The notes under the pieces: generated by a model
Databases searched by the model: none
Told to the model about the DNA's origin: nothing
The model's input: the letters and a program-made list of their open reading frames with translations, nothing else
Source: Opitutales bacterium
GTDB lineage: Bacteria; Verrucomicrobiota; Verrucomicrobiia; Opitutales; JABSRG01
Length of the DNA: 64,000 nucleotides
NCBI GenBank assembly: GCA_049599475.1
Contig: JBMYOQ010000011.1
Location: 25,694-89,693 of the forward strand
Direction of reading: 5' to 3'
Shown here: positions 41,067-52,057 of the stretch, in pieces
Layout: each line of letters starts with the position of its first letter
Numbering within the stretch: the stretch's first letter is position 1
Made by a program: the position numbers and the translations under genes

Positions 41067-42260
41067 ATGAGCGAGGGAGATTTTAATTATATTGCCGACC
41101 ACGTGAGCTCGATCCCGAAGTCGGGAATTCGTGACTTCTTTGCAATTGTGCAGCAGCGTCCAGAAGCTATCTCACTGGGCATCGGTGAGCCGGACTTTGT
41201 GACTCCATGGCATATTCGCGAAGCAGCTATCTTTGCCCTGGAGCAGGGGAGGACGTCCTACACGGACAACCTTGGATTGCTGTCCCTGCGCAAGGAGATT
41301 GCTAAATATGCCGAATCGAATTTCAGCCTGAGCTACAACCCACAAAAGGAAATCATTGTAGCGGTCGGTGTTTCTGAAGCGGTGGATATCGCTCTGAGGG
41401 CAATTATCAATCCGGGCGATAAAGTGATGTTTCACCAGCCTTGCTACGTCTCATACAGCCCGTCTGTGACCTTGGCCCATGGCGAAAGTATACCGGTCGC
41501 GACCAAGAAAGACGATCTATTTGCCCTGAACATCGAAGACCTCCGCGCAGCCTGGCAGCCCGGGACGAAGGCACTGATGCTGAACTATCCGACGAACCCA
41601 ACCGGTGCGGTCTTCCCGAAGCAAGTCCTTCAGGATATCGCGACTTTTGCGATCGAAAAGGATATCCTCATCTTGAGTGATGAGATTTATGCCGAGCTCA
41701 CCTATGATGGCGAACACGTCAGTATCGCGAGCCTGCCCGGCATGCGGGAGCGCACGTTATTCCTGCACGGTTTCTCCAAAGCCTGGGCTATGACAGGGTT
41801 CCGCATCGGGTATGCTTGTGGGCCTCAGGGGTGGATCGAAGCGATGATGAAAGTGCATCAATACAGCATGCTGTGCGCTCCGATCCTGAGCCAAGAGGCC
41901 GCCATTGAAGCCTTAAAAAATGGCGAAGACTCCGTCGCTATGATGCGTGAAAAGTATCAGAAACGCCGTGACTTTCTCGGTCGCCGATTTAACGAGATGG
42001 GGCTCGACTGCCATATTCCTGGCGGATCCTTTTATCTCTTCCCAGATATTCGGTCCACGGGATTGAGCTCGATGGATTTTGCGACCGGCCTCTTAAACCA
42101 GAACGAAGTCGCGATGGTTCCCGGAGGTGCTTTTGGCCCTGCCGGTGAGGGCTTCTGCCGGGCCAGTTATTCTACCAGTTTCGATGAGCTCATCGAAGCC
42201 TCGGATCGCATAGAGCGCTTCGTGAATTCAACATCAGCCACAACACCTGTAAACGCGTGA
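41067..42260 (+). CDS. PLP-dependent aminotransferase class I/II (YugH-like)
   Basis: SGIRDFF, GEPDF, NYPTNPTG, SDEIY and GFSKAWAMTGFRIG. Confidence 0.92.
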   Translation: MSEGDFNYIADHVSSIPKSGIRDFFAIVQQRPEAISLGIGEPDFVTPWHIREAAIFALEQGRTSYTDNLGLLSLRKEIAKYAESNFSLSYNPQKEIIVAVGVSEAVDIALRAIINPGDKVMFHQPCYVSYSPSVTLAHGESIPVATKKDDLFALNIEDLRAAWQPGTKALMLNYPTNPTGAVFPKQVLQDIATFAIEKDILILSDEIYAELTYDGEHVSIASLPGMRERTLFLHGFSKAWAMTGFRIGYACGPQGWIEAMMKVHQYSMLCAPILSQEAAIEALKNGEDSVAMMREKYQKRRDFLGRRFNEMGLDCHIPGGSFYLFPDIRSTGLSSMDFATGLLNQNEVAMVPGGAFGPAGEGFCRASYSTSFDELIEASDRIERFVNSTSATTPVNA

Positions 42261-43738
42261 GCGATACCATCGAGAGCCGCACAGTCGCGGTAGTAGGGCG
42301 ACCCAATGTTGGGAAGAGCCGTTTGTTTAATTGTCTCACCGGGCGGCGTATCTCCATCGTGCACGACCAACCAGGAGTGACCCGAGATGTCATTTCTGCA
42401 GAGGTAAAGGCTGGCTACACGCTCCTGGATACGGGTGGTATCGGAATGGAGCCAGAGGCGACACCAGAGGTCTTACGCGAGGCTACCGAAACTCAAGTGC
42501 AGTTTGCTCTGCAGGCCGCGCGCGTGATTCTTTTTGTCGTCGATTTTAAGGATGGTGTTACTCCAGTAGATATTGAATTGGCGAACGCGTTTAGGCGGCA
42601 AAAGACACAGCCAATTCTCATTGTAAATAAGGCGGATCACGCGGGTGATGCTGATGCGGCTTATGCTGAATTTGGCAGCCTGGGTTTCGAAAACATTCTG
42701 CCCATCTCGGCCGAACACAAGATCGGCATCGGGGCCATAAATAAGGCTATCATTGATATGATTGGGCCTCTTGAAGAGGAGAAAGAGGCAGAGGAGAGAC
42801 GGATTTCAATCAGTCTTATTGGACGACCCAATGTCGGGAAATCTTCGATGACAAACGCGATGCTCAAATCGGATCGCGTGATTGTGAGTGATATTCCGGG
42901 TACGACGCGAGACACGATCGAGATGGAACTCGACTACACCAATAAGCGTGGTGAGTTGTGGCGCTTCTTGTTGAATGATACGGCGGGTCTGCGTAGCCGG
43001 ACCAAGGTCGATACATCGGTAGAGTATTTTTCAAGTCTGCGTAGTGAGGAGACTATCAAGCGATCGGACGTCGTCTTTTTGGTCATTGATGCGGAAGACG
43101 GAATTACCAAGCAAGAGCAGCGGCTCGCGGGTATGGCTCTGGATTGGGGGAAGGCACTGATTATCGTGGTCAACAAATGGGACCTCGTTTTCGAGCGTTT
43201 CCAGCGAGACTTCGTGGATGGCTATGATAACGAAAGTGACTTCCGGAAGAGTTACGCAGAAGCCATTCAGAAGGAGCTCTTTTTCCTCCCGGGAACGCCT
43301 GTAGTCTTTACGTCAGCAGTCACTGGATTTTCGATCGAAAACCTATTGAAGACTGCGGTTGAGCTGGATGCTAAACTCGAGGAAAAAATCCCGACGGGTC
43401 GCCTGAATGCCCGCATTAAGGAGATGCTCGAGCATCGTTCACCGAAGAAGATAAAAACCGCTCGTTTTAAAATATATTACGCGGTGCATGTAGGGCGTCG
43501 CCCTTACAAAATAAAGCTCTTTTGTAATTCGGCTGAAAAACTGCACGAGACATACGAGCGCTATCTCGAAAAGGGGATTCAAGAGACTTTCGGCCTAGAG
43601 GGCTGTCCGGTGGAATTTGAACTTGTCGGAAAGGCCAAACGCTACACGGAAGGCGAAGTGGACAATCCCGAGGATATGCCCACCCGCAAGCCCAAACCAA
43701 AGCGCCGAAAGAAACCCAAGCGCCCCCGTAAGGGCTAG
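42257..43738 (+). CDS. der: Ribosome biogenesis GTPase Der (EngA)
   Basis: Two GRPNVGKS G-domains, DTGG/DTAG and NKAD/NKWD, KH-like C-terminus. Confidence 0.96.
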   Translation: MSDTIESRTVAVVGRPNVGKSRLFNCLTGRRISIVHDQPGVTRDVISAEVKAGYTLLDTGGIGMEPEATPEVLREATETQVQFALQAARVILFVVDFKDGVTPVDIELANAFRRQKTQPILIVNKADHAGDADAAYAEFGSLGFENILPISAEHKIGIGAINKAIIDMIGPLEEEKEAEERRISISLIGRPNVGKSSMTNAMLKSDRVIVSDIPGTTRDTIEMELDYTNKRGELWRFLLNDTAGLRSRTKVDTSVEYFSSLRSEETIKRSDVVFLVIDAEDGITKQEQRLAGMALDWGKALIIVVNKWDLVFERFQRDFVDGYDNESDFRKSYAEAIQKELFFLPGTPVVFTSAVTGFSIENLLKTAVELDAKLEEKIPTGRLNARIKEMLEHRSPKKIKTARFKIYYAVHVGRRPYKIKLFCNSAEKLHETYERYLEKGIQETFGLEGCPVEFELVGKAKRYTEGEVDNPEDMPTRKPKPKRRKKPKRPRKG

Positions 43739-43753
43739 GGTAGCAACTTTCAA

Positions 43754-43840
43754 GGTAGGTGCGAAACGGTCTCGGTGAGCTGAAGCATTTAAAGCCTTTG
43801 TGCGGCACACGAACGGTTTACCTGGACGATGTGCACTACC
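43754..43840. repeat. Inverted pair of degenerate GTAG-type REP-like elements between convergent genes
   Basis: GGTAGGTGCGAAACGGTCTCGGTGAGCTG on + and GGTAGTGCACATCGTCCAGGTAAACCG on -. Confidence 0.5.
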
Positions 43841-43891
43841 ATTTGCATGCGAAAATAGTTTTGAGGAAGGTTTAATCCTGTCTAGATATTT

Positions 43892-44875
43892 TCAGCGATT
43901 TAAATCGACGACTATGCGGCCTCGGATTTCTCCGTTGAGTAGTTTTGATGCGTAGGGAATCGCTTCGCTGAGCGGGATTATTTGGCGAATGGATGCGAGT
44001 TTTTTGAGGTCTAGATCTTTGCTGAGGCGCTGCCAGGCTTCGATCCTTTCGGCTTTTGGGCACATTACACTGTCTATACCTTTTAGGGTGACTCCGCGCA
44101 GGATGAAAGGAGCGACGGTTGCTGGGAAGTCCATGCTGCCGGCGAGTCCACAGGCGGTGACGATGCCGCCGTATTGTGTGGAAGCGCACAGGTTTGCCAG
44201 GGTGTGTCCTCCGACGACATCGATGGCTCCGGCCCATCTTTCTTTTTGGAGTGGTTTGCCCGGAGATGAGAATTCCGCGCGATCAATCACATCGGTGGCT
44301 CCGAGGCTTTTGAGGTATTCAGATTGCTCGGGTCGCCCGCTGAGTGCTGTAACCTTATAGCCGAGTTTGCTGAGGATTGAGATGGCCACACTGCCAACTC
44401 CGCCAGTGGCTCCTGTGACAATGATTTCGCCTGAATCGGGGGTGACCCCGTGTTTCTCCAAAGCAAGAATACAGAGCATGGCGGTGTATCCGGCTGTGCC
44501 GATTGTCATGCAGTCTTGAGGGCTCAGACCCGCAGGTTGGGGAATGAGCCAGTCGCCGTTGAGGCATGCTTTTTCGGAGAGGCCGCCCCAGTGTTTTTCG
44601 CCGACTCCCCAGCCGTTGAGCATTACGGTGTCACCAGGTTTGAAATCCGAGTGTTCCGAATGCTCTACAGTACCCACTAGATCGATACCCGGGACCATCG
44701 GGAAGGAACGCACGACCGGAGCTTTGCCGGTGATTGCCAGGGCGTCTTTGTAGTTGAGCGTCGAGTGAGTCACCTTGAGGCTTACGTCGCCCTCAGGCAG
44801 CTGATGCTCGTCTAATTTTTTCAAGCTGGCTCGGTAGCCGGATTCATCTTTTTCAATGAGAATGGCCTTGAACAT
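43892..44875 (-). CDS. acuI: Acryloyl-CoA reductase / YhdH family MDR oxidoreductase
   Basis: [34 protein letters not shown] and [14 protein letters not shown]. Confidence 0.88.
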   Translation of the reverse strand: MFKAILIEKDESGYRASLKKLDEHQLPEGDVSLKVTHSTLNYKDALAITGKAPVVRSFPMVPGIDLVGTVEHSEHSDFKPGDTVMLNGWGVGEKHWGGLSEKACLNGDWLIPQPAGLSPQDCMTIGTAGYTAMLCILALEKHGVTPDSGEIIVTGATGGVGSVAISILSKLGYKVTALSGRPEQSEYLKSLGATDVIDRAEFSSPGKPLQKERWAGAIDVVGGHTLANLCASTQYGGIVTACGLAGSMDFPATVAPFILRGVTLKGIDSVMCPKAERIEAWQRLSKDLDLKKLASIRQIIPLSEAIPYASKLLNGEIRGRIVVDLNR

Positions 44876-44896
44876 CGCTTGAGGATCTTTAGTTGG

Positions 44897-46174
44897 CTAG
44901 ATCGCCTTGATCGCGTTTGAGAGTATTTCTGCGGCTTGATCGATTGCGATCGAAGCGTGGGCGGTGCTGATGAAGCAGGTCTCAAATGCTGATGGCGGCA
45001 GATAGACTCCGTCTTCCAAGGCTTTGTGGAAAACTTTGTTGAACAGGTCTTTGTCGGCTCCCAGAACGGCGTCGAAACTGTCGATTTTCTGTTCGGTAAA
45101 TGCCATGTAGAACATGGATCCAACCTGCGGGACTTGGAGTGCTATGCCTTTTTCCTTTGCTGCTGAAAGGAGCGCGTCGCGCAGGAGTTCTCCCATGCTG
45201 TTTAGTCGATCGTAGGGTTGTTGCTCGTTGAGGAGTTCCAGAGATTGGAGACCGGCTGCCATCGCGAGTGGATTTCCGCTCAGGGTACCTGCTTGGTAGA
45301 CGGGACCTAAGGGGGCGAGCTTTTCCATAATCTCTCGCTTTCCGCCAAACGCTCCCACGGGTAGACCACCACCGATGATTTTGCCCATGGCAGTGAGGTC
45401 GGGCGTGATGTCTTCCTTTTCCTGAACGCCGCCAAGGGCAATGCGGAACCCGGTCATTACTTCGTCCATTATAAGGACAGCACCGTGCTTGGTGCATACA
45501 TCGCGAAGAGCTTGCATATAGCCGGGCTTGGGAAGCACGAGGCCGCAGTTTGCAGGATATGCCTCGACAATGATGCCTGCGATTTGGTCGGGATATTGAG
45601 CGAATGCTGCATCGAGGGCTTCGAAATCGTTGTATGGAAGAACGACCGTTTCCTTGGCAAAACTCTTGGGGATGCCTGCGCTGTCGGGCGTGCCAAGTGT
45701 CAATGCTCCGGAACCTGCAGAGACCAGTAAGCTGTCGACGTGGCCGTGATAACAGCCGGCAAATTTGATGATTTTGTCCCTCCCTGTATAGCCGCGGGCG
45801 AGCCGAATACAGGTCATCGTCGCTTCGGTGCCGCTATTACACATGCGGACCATTTCGACTGAAGGAACATTTTCCACGATGAACTCTGCCATCGGTACCT
45901 CGTAGGGGTTGGGTGTTCCAAAGCTCGTGCCTTTATCTAATGCCTCGCTGACTGCGTCGTGGATTTCGGGGTGGTTGTGTCCGTGAATCGCGGGGCCCCA
46001 GGTGCACACAAAGTCGATCAAGTCTTGGCCATCGACCGTTGTCAAAGTCGCTCCAGCAGCGCGTTCGGTAAAGAAGGGTGCGCCGCCTACGCTGCGGAAA
46101 GCGCGGACCGGAGAGTTGACGCCTCCAGGGATCAGTTTTTGGGCAGTTTCAAAGAGTTCTTGCGAGCGATTCAT
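44897..46174 (-). CDS. hemL: Glutamate-1-semialdehyde 2,1-aminomutase
   Basis: [36 protein letters not shown] and [10 protein letters not shown]. Confidence 0.97.
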   Translation of the reverse strand: MNRSQELFETAQKLIPGGVNSPVRAFRSVGGAPFFTERAAGATLTTVDGQDLIDFVCTWGPAIHGHNHPEIHDAVSEALDKGTSFGTPNPYEVPMAEFIVENVPSVEMVRMCNSGTEATMTCIRLARGYTGRDKIIKFAGCYHGHVDSLLVSAGSGALTLGTPDSAGIPKSFAKETVVLPYNDFEALDAAFAQYPDQIAGIIVEAYPANCGLVLPKPGYMQALRDVCTKHGAVLIMDEVMTGFRIALGGVQEKEDITPDLTAMGKIIGGGLPVGAFGGKREIMEKLAPLGPVYQAGTLSGNPLAMAAGLQSLELLNEQQPYDRLNSMGELLRDALLSAAKEKGIALQVPQVGSMFYMAFTEQKIDSFDAVLGADKDLFNKVFHKALEDGVYLPPSAFETCFISTAHASIAIDQAAEILSNAIKAI

Positions 46175-46193
46175 AGTTGCAAAGTCGAGAAGC

Positions 46194-47021
46194 CTAAGGC
46201 TTGGCTGAGTTTACCGAGGGAGGCAAGAGCTCTTCGATTCGCTGTTTGAGATTTCCAGAATCGATGTATTCCTCGATTAAAGATTTGGTGGGCGCAGTCT
46301 GGAAAAGAACGCCTTGGTCGGGAAGATAGGGAACGATGCTGGGAGGGCTTGTCGTACGTAGAATTTTTGAATCCAGGGGAAAGAAGGCGGTAAGGTAGAG
46401 CTTTCCGGTTATTGATGCCTTTTCGAATAGTTGAGAGATCTCATCGGAGCTGGGATGTGTGGATGCTATGGCTGATAGGGCGTAAAATTCGATCGGAATC
46501 TCTCCGCGAGCATTGGTGCCCGCGCGGAAAACTCGGGTCTCCAATATTTGCTTTTCTGCGAAGGTTTTGAGTTCGAGATCGTCTAAGGCCGAGGCATCGG
46601 AATCTGTGACTGCGCGGACCAGGAGATTACGCAAAGCGAGCTGCTCGGAGAGGATTGCTTTGCTGCGCTGACGGTCTGGGCCGGGTGAGAGTATGAGGGC
46701 GTGGGGGCTGATTGTTACACGAAAGCCCGCCTTGCGCCCCGCGAGTTCGAAAGCTCGGTAGACATTGCTCTCTCGAATCCGAAGGCTGATGACTTTCTCG
46801 CCGTATTCCGGCTTCGGGTAGTCGATTTGCAATGATGGGGTGTCGCGATGTTTCCCTTCAACAATAGCCCACAGCGCCTTGAGGACCGAATCGATTCGAT
46901 CCTCTTCGAAGTATACGTCTTTAATCTCGGTGTCGTAGGCAAGTCGCCGGACATCCCCGAAGGCTAGGGTAGCCAACGCACATGCGATCAAAGCCGCAGC
47001 CAGCAATCTACTTCGAGACAT
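46194..47021 (-). CDS. Hypothetical exported protein; N-terminal region resembles an STN/N0-like fold
   Basis: Signal peptide ([22 protein letters not shown]); ORF overlaps the nadE stop and fills the gap to hemL. Confidence 0.65.
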   Translation of the reverse strand: MSRSRLLAAALIACALATLAFGDVRRLAYDTEIKDVYFEEDRIDSVLKALWAIVEGKHRDTPSLQIDYPKPEYGEKVISLRIRESNVYRAFELAGRKAGFRVTISPHALILSPGPDRQRSKAILSEQLALRNLLVRAVTDSDASALDDLELKTFAEKQILETRVFRAGTNARGEIPIEFYALSAIASTHPSSDEISQLFEKASITGKLYLTAFFPLDSKILRTTSPPSIVPYLPDQGVLFQTAPTKSLIEEYIDSGNLKQRIEELLPPSVNSAKP

Positions 47022-48651
47022 ATCTTTGAACAATCGGGATGCGGCGGCCCACGCCGAAAGCGAGAGGGGTGACCTTTAAGCCGGGAGCGGCCTGTTTGCG
47101 CTTGTATTCGTTGAGATCTACTTTGCGCACAATGTCTTTGACGACATCCAGTTCGAAACCATCTGCCACGATCTCGGAAGTGCTCTTCCCGTGCTCTACA
47201 TAGCGGTAAAGAATGGCATCCAGGACATCATACGGAGGGAGGCTATCCTCGTCTTTCTGGTCGGGGCGAAGTTCTGCTGAAGGTGGCTTGTTTATGGTAT
47301 TCCAAGGAATGATTTCGTGCTCGCGGTTGATGTGTCGACATAGCTCGAAAACGGTGGTCTTGGGTAGGTCTGAAATTACTGCGAGTCCGCCGCACATGTC
47401 GCCGTAAAGGGTGCAGTAGCCGACCGCGAGTTCACTCTTGTTACCGGTGGTCAGCAGGAGTGCGCCAAACTTGTTGGACATTGCCATCAGCAACAGCCCC
47501 CGTGTGCGCGCCTGAATGTTCTCCTCGGTCACATCCATGGCAAGTCCTTGGAATAAGGGGCTCAGTGTCCCGCTTGCTGCTTCGACGACTGTTGCGATCG
47601 GGATAGATTCGTAGCGAATGCCTAAATTGTGTGCGAGGTCGGCGGCGTCATCGCGGCTATGTTGGCTCGAAATCGCTGAGGGTAAGCTGACTCCGATTAC
47701 GTTTTCCTTCCCGAGGGCACGGGCCGCGATTGCGGCGGTGAGGGCTGAATCGATGCCGCCGCTCAAACCGATGAGGGCCTTTTTGAAGCCGCACTTATGC
47801 GTGTAGTCGCGGAGTCCCAAGGTGAGTGCTTCGAAGAGCAGGTCCATGGAGGTCGCTCCTTCCTCAGGGCTTTGTGGCAGCTTAACGGTTTCGAGGTCGA
47901 CTAGAAGGTTTTCCTCAACGAAGCCCTCGGCTTTTCCAAGAATGTCGCCTGTTGCGCTTACTGCAAAACTGCGGCCATCGAAAATCAGCTCATCATTCCC
48001 GCCCACTGCGTTGCAATAGACCACAGGAGCACTCGCACGCTTTGCGGCATCTTTGACCAAATCGATTCGGAAACGGTCTTTCTCCATATGCCATGGGCTG
48101 GCGGAGCAGTTGATCACGAGGTCGACTCCGCGTTCTGCGAGGTCCTTTATGGGGTCGGCATGATAGCGGTCGGCGGTGGAGATGTCCGGGTGCTTCCAGA
48201 TGTCTTCGCAAATCGTTAGGCCAATGCGTTTGCCCTGCCACTCCACAATCGCTGGGGCCTCGGCAGGCTCGAAGTAGCGATCTTCATCGAAGACATCATA
48301 GGTCGGAAGCAGGGATTTGTATCCGTAAGACTTTACCTCGCCGTCGGCTATCCAGGCCACTGCATTGCGGAACGGGCGGCCCGATGGATCTCCGTTGGGC
48401 AGAACGGTTCCGACGATTGATGGAACTGTTTTAACCTCTTGGGCGAGTGCGCCCAGGGTCTCCTCAATATCTGGGACAAAGCGAGTCTTGAAGAGAAGGT
48501 CCCGCGGTGGGTAGCCACAAACCACGAGTTCAGGAAATACCACCAATTCCGCACCGCCCGCCACAAGCGCGGCATAGCTCTCCCGCATCTTCTGCAGATT
48601 CCCGGGCATATCGCCCACTGTCGTATTGATCTGAGCCAGTCCAATTTTCAT
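47008..48651 (-). CDS. nadE: Glutamine-dependent NAD+ synthetase
   Basis: CN-hydrolase domain (FPEL, K, ICED); [20 protein letters not shown] and PPSAEL; ATG at 48651. Confidence 0.95.
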   Translation of the reverse strand: MKIGLAQINTTVGDMPGNLQKMRESYAALVAGGAELVVFPELVVCGYPPRDLLFKTRFVPDIEETLGALAQEVKTVPSIVGTVLPNGDPSGRPFRNAVAWIADGEVKSYGYKSLLPTYDVFDEDRYFEPAEAPAIVEWQGKRIGLTICEDIWKHPDISTADRYHADPIKDLAERGVDLVINCSASPWHMEKDRFRIDLVKDAAKRASAPVVYCNAVGGNDELIFDGRSFAVSATGDILGKAEGFVEENLLVDLETVKLPQSPEEGATSMDLLFEALTLGLRDYTHKCGFKKALIGLSGGIDSALTAAIAARALGKENVIGVSLPSAISSQHSRDDAADLAHNLGIRYESIPIATVVEAASGTLSPLFQGLAMDVTEENIQARTRGLLLMAMSNKFGALLLTTGNKSELAVGYCTLYGDMCGGLAVISDLPKTTVFELCRHINREHEIIPWNTINKPPSAELRPDQKDEDSLPPYDVLDAILYRYVEHGKSTSEIVADGFELDVVKDIVRKVDLNEYKRKQAAPGLKVTPLAFGVGRRIPIVQRYVSK

Positions 48652-48807
48652 AGGTCTTCCCATAAGCTCAGAATTAAGCCGCAGATTAGCAAAGCTCAAA
48701 TTTCATACTGGGATGCTCGCCGGAGTGCTGAATGTAAAAAAAGCTTGAAGAAATAGCGCTTTCTTGGGCAATTAGGGTCCCGAATTTGCTCTCTTTGCTC
48801 TTAGTTT

Positions 48808-50163
48808 ATGAAAAAGTTTTTCCTCAGTTTTGTGATTCTGTCTCTGGCGTTCGTAGATGTTTGCGCTCAAGATACACCTACATTTACGCCGCAAGAACCT
48901 GTGGGGCTAGCTCCTCCGACGTCTAGCCCACCCAATATAAGTACTGCAACTTTGGCTACTCCCACAAGTGAGCAGATCACCGGTAATTCGGGTTCTTTCT
49001 CAATCGAGGATATTAACCTTGGAGTTTTGGATCAGGACCAAATCCTGAGCGACGAGCAGAGTATTGGCTCGTCAAACAACGTGGACTATTACCTCTTCTA
49101 CTTATCCGAGGATTCACATGTGAGTGTTTCGGTAGAAGCCCAGGGCGACGATGTCGCGATCATAGGTTTTTTGTACGATAGTGATGGAGTTGAGTTCATC
49201 GTTGATAATGGCCCCGGAAATGGAGAGTTCGGCGATTACGGCTTTACATTAAATTCTGCAAATTATCTCAATTCTCTGCTCACAGAGGGATACTATTTCA
49301 TCGGAATAAGAGGAGATGGAGGAGTCGGAGATTACGAAATATCGGTTGAAGTCTCCAGGGTGAACGTTTCATTTGATATTGGTATCCAAGGAGCCGCTGA
49401 CGAATCAGTGTCCCTCGATCAGCGCATTGTGTGGGGGGCAGAGGCCACGGCTCCCGTCGTTACAGGAATCGACGGTTGGGAGTTTTGGGGTTGGAATAAG
49501 GAATTTACCGAGGTTACGCAGGATATGGTTGTGAGTGCCGAGTATTTTCGGCCAGGCTCGCTACTCAGCGCAGATGGAAGCTCGATCCTATATGGAATGG
49601 ATTTTGAGTTGTCCGTTACTGCGACGGACGGTTCGGATTATTCATACCAGTGGTTTTTAGATGGCACAAAAATCGATGGAGCGACTGAAGCTACATATAT
49701 TGTCGAGTCTGCAGGAGATTTGGATGCTGGCCTATATGAGGTGCTAATCACGGATGGTGTGATCGAAAAACGTATCTCGGGTAACATTGAGGTCTCTGGC
49801 CTTGAATCAGTCTCTGAAGCATTCACTCAAATAGAGTTGATCGAAGACTTTGCTTCGGCGTCTACCGATGAATGGAGACATGTGGATTGGTTCGGCTTGA
49901 TCGAAACAACATCATATCCATGGCTCTATCATTACGAGATGGGTTGGGTGCTTGTGAGTGGGACTCAGGAAGCCGCCTCCGAGAGTGAAGATACAGTTTG
50001 GGTGTGGATACCTGGCATTGATGAATGGTATCGCTTCAGTGAAAACGATGATCCCTGGATCTGGTCCGATAGTGCCCAGGAATGGCATTACTTGTATCGT
50101 CAAGATGGAGCTTCATGGATATATGACTACGCCATCTCTGATTGGATACAAATAGGAGAGTGA
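48808..50163 (+). CDS. Secreted acidic modular protein (PPC-like, B-repeat-like, Ig-like and Trp-rich C-terminal domains)
   Basis: Signal peptide; DYYLF..GDYEISV; GWEFWGW; YSYQWFLDG..DAGLYEV; WFG..YPWLYH..GW C-terminus. Confidence 0.75.
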   Translation: MKKFFLSFVILSLAFVDVCAQDTPTFTPQEPVGLAPPTSSPPNISTATLATPTSEQITGNSGSFSIEDINLGVLDQDQILSDEQSIGSSNNVDYYLFYLSEDSHVSVSVEAQGDDVAIIGFLYDSDGVEFIVDNGPGNGEFGDYGFTLNSANYLNSLLTEGYYFIGIRGDGGVGDYEISVEVSRVNVSFDIGIQGAADESVSLDQRIVWGAEATAPVVTGIDGWEFWGWNKEFTEVTQDMVVSAEYFRPGSLLSADGSSILYGMDFELSVTATDGSDYSYQWFLDGTKIDGATEATYIVESAGDLDAGLYEVLITDGVIEKRISGNIEVSGLESVSEAFTQIELIEDFASASTDEWRHVDWFGLIETTSYPWLYHYEMGWVLVSGTQEAASESEDTVWVWIPGIDEWYRFSENDDPWIWSDSAQEWHYLYRQDGASWIYDYAISDWIQIGE

Positions 50164-50170
50164 GCTCTTC

Positions 50171-51856
50171 TTAGGGCTTAGCTTTCTCGGGGAGACTTGT
50201 TTCCGAAAACGGACTCGGGTCCCATTGGTTTGTATCTAGGTTTAAGGTGGCTATGGGGCCTTCGATTTGTTTGTGCTCTATCCAGTGGGCTAGGTTTTTA
50301 TACCACTCTGTGTCTACTGCGGCGTATTGCATATCCCATTGATGGGGAAGCATACCTGAATAGCCGTTGATTGTCGGGAGTCCGATGATCTGTGAGGCGC
50401 GGATGGCCATGACTTGGGCCTCGACGCTGTAGCGGTTTCTGGTTTCTTGATCGAACTCGGGCGGAGGGGTGCGATAGGCGAAGAAAGCGGATGCTTCAAA
50501 GGGCGGCGGTTTCAGGGCGTAGATTTGCCTGTTCTCTGCGCTGGGCAGTAGTCGGGACTCGCGGGGCCACATGAAATTTTCGGCCCAGAAGAATGGAGTG
50601 CTCAAGACGGCAATCCAGATTGTAGCGGTTTTGATACGTTGAGACGGAGAGTTGAGGAGATTGGTAACCGTGAATGCTACTGCAAAGAGCGCTATGGCGT
50701 AGTAGAGCATGTTTATTCTAAAAACGACACGAATCCCGTCGGCTCCGGGTAACAGTTTCCAGACTAAATACCAGGGGCTGACAACACCGACTCGGAGCAT
50801 CATGAACCAACCGACGAGGACTGTCAGTATTGCCCAAAATACGATTCTCCATTTCTCCTGAGTGCGGTTTTTCCAAGCGAAAATACTTACGCCACAGAAT
50901 AGAGCGAGGAATCCCCAAGGGAACCCATAGTACAGCTCGTGTTGGATGGCTTTCTGCGGATAGACCACGGGGATATGTATCCAGCCAAACCAGAACTTAT
51001 TATAGCGGTTCATCGACCCCAGGGAGGAAATTTCCGGCATCGTGGCTAAGGCGGATCCGTAAGAGCGGCCGCCGCTGAGTTCATGGGCGGGCAGGTATAT
51101 CTTAAGGAATAGTGCGAGGAAGGGTATGATCGCTATGCTGGCGATGACGATTGGCACCTTCTTGCTCCATAGCCACGCTATTCCCGTTCTAACGTGTTCT
51201 CGGAAAATGAATGCCCAGGTGCTCAGGCCGACAAGGCAAACGAATGCGAAAAACCAAGCAATGTAGAAGGTGGAGAGGGCGATGATTGCGTATCCGCTCA
51301 GTGCGATCGCTAGCTGCACTGTTCCTCGCTTGATCTTTTTTTGGTTTAGGGCGTCGAGCGCAGATATTGTTATCAGGATAATCCAAGGCAGCCACCATAT
51401 GCTCAGCAGCTGAATATGGGATGTGCCAATAGAGGTCTGTATGGGGGCGCCGGCCACGAAGAGGAAGGAAGCCCAAATGCCTATCCAGCGATTGAGGCCG
51501 AAGCGTCTCAGGAGGCAGAAAAAGCCGCAGAATCCGATGGTTGCATACCATAGGAGCACGATGTTCATGGAAACGAGAGGGGTGACCCCCGCGAAGCGGA
51601 ACAATGAGTAAAAGGCGCTGTTGAGGAGAAAGGTGTCGGTATACCCGAGGACATTCGGTTCTGGGAAGAAAAAGCCGGGGTTGTTCCATGCGGTTTCACC
51701 AGAAAACACCCGAAACCAGTGTTCCCAGCACGCTAGGAGCAGGCGTCCGTCGTATCGGTCAACAAAGCTGGAGTCCCCCGCAAATGAAAGGAGGTCGCGT
51801 GACATCATGGCCAGGGCGGCTGTGAGCGCGAAGATCCATACTATTCTGAAAACCAT
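50171..51856 (-). CDS. Polytopic membrane protein, probable GT-C fold glycosyltransferase-like
   Basis: Many TMs; DRYDG loop after the first TM, FFPEPNVLGYTD, LPGADGIRVVFR and PTINGYSG. Confidence 0.7.
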   Translation of the reverse strand: MVFRIVWIFALTAALAMMSRDLLSFAGDSSFVDRYDGRLLLACWEHWFRVFSGETAWNNPGFFFPEPNVLGYTDTFLLNSAFYSLFRFAGVTPLVSMNIVLLWYATIGFCGFFCLLRRFGLNRWIGIWASFLFVAGAPIQTSIGTSHIQLLSIWWLPWIILITISALDALNQKKIKRGTVQLAIALSGYAIIALSTFYIAWFFAFVCLVGLSTWAFIFREHVRTGIAWLWSKKVPIVIASIAIIPFLALFLKIYLPAHELSGGRSYGSALATMPEISSLGSMNRYNKFWFGWIHIPVVYPQKAIQHELYYGFPWGFLALFCGVSIFAWKNRTQEKWRIVFWAILTVLVGWFMMLRVGVVSPWYLVWKLLPGADGIRVVFRINMLYYAIALFAVAFTVTNLLNSPSQRIKTATIWIAVLSTPFFWAENFMWPRESRLLPSAENRQIYALKPPPFEASAFFAYRTPPPEFDQETRNRYSVEAQVMAIRASQIIGLPTINGYSGMLPHQWDMQYAAVDTEWYKNLAHWIEHKQIEGPIATLNLDTNQWDPSPFSETSLPEKAKP

Positions 51857-52057
51857 TACGCCCTAGGGTTTTCGTTTCCGAGGAATGCCGTCAATGGAAT
51901 AAAAAGGCGATTTCTTGAGTTTTTGACAAATCGCGTCAGTTTTCACGTTCTGTAGTCGAGCAAGATTCTAGAAGTTTTTCGAAACAATCAGTCTCGATTA
52001 TCGTTATCTTTTATGAAATCCTGTAATTAACGGCCTCCTGAATCACCGAAACTCCCC

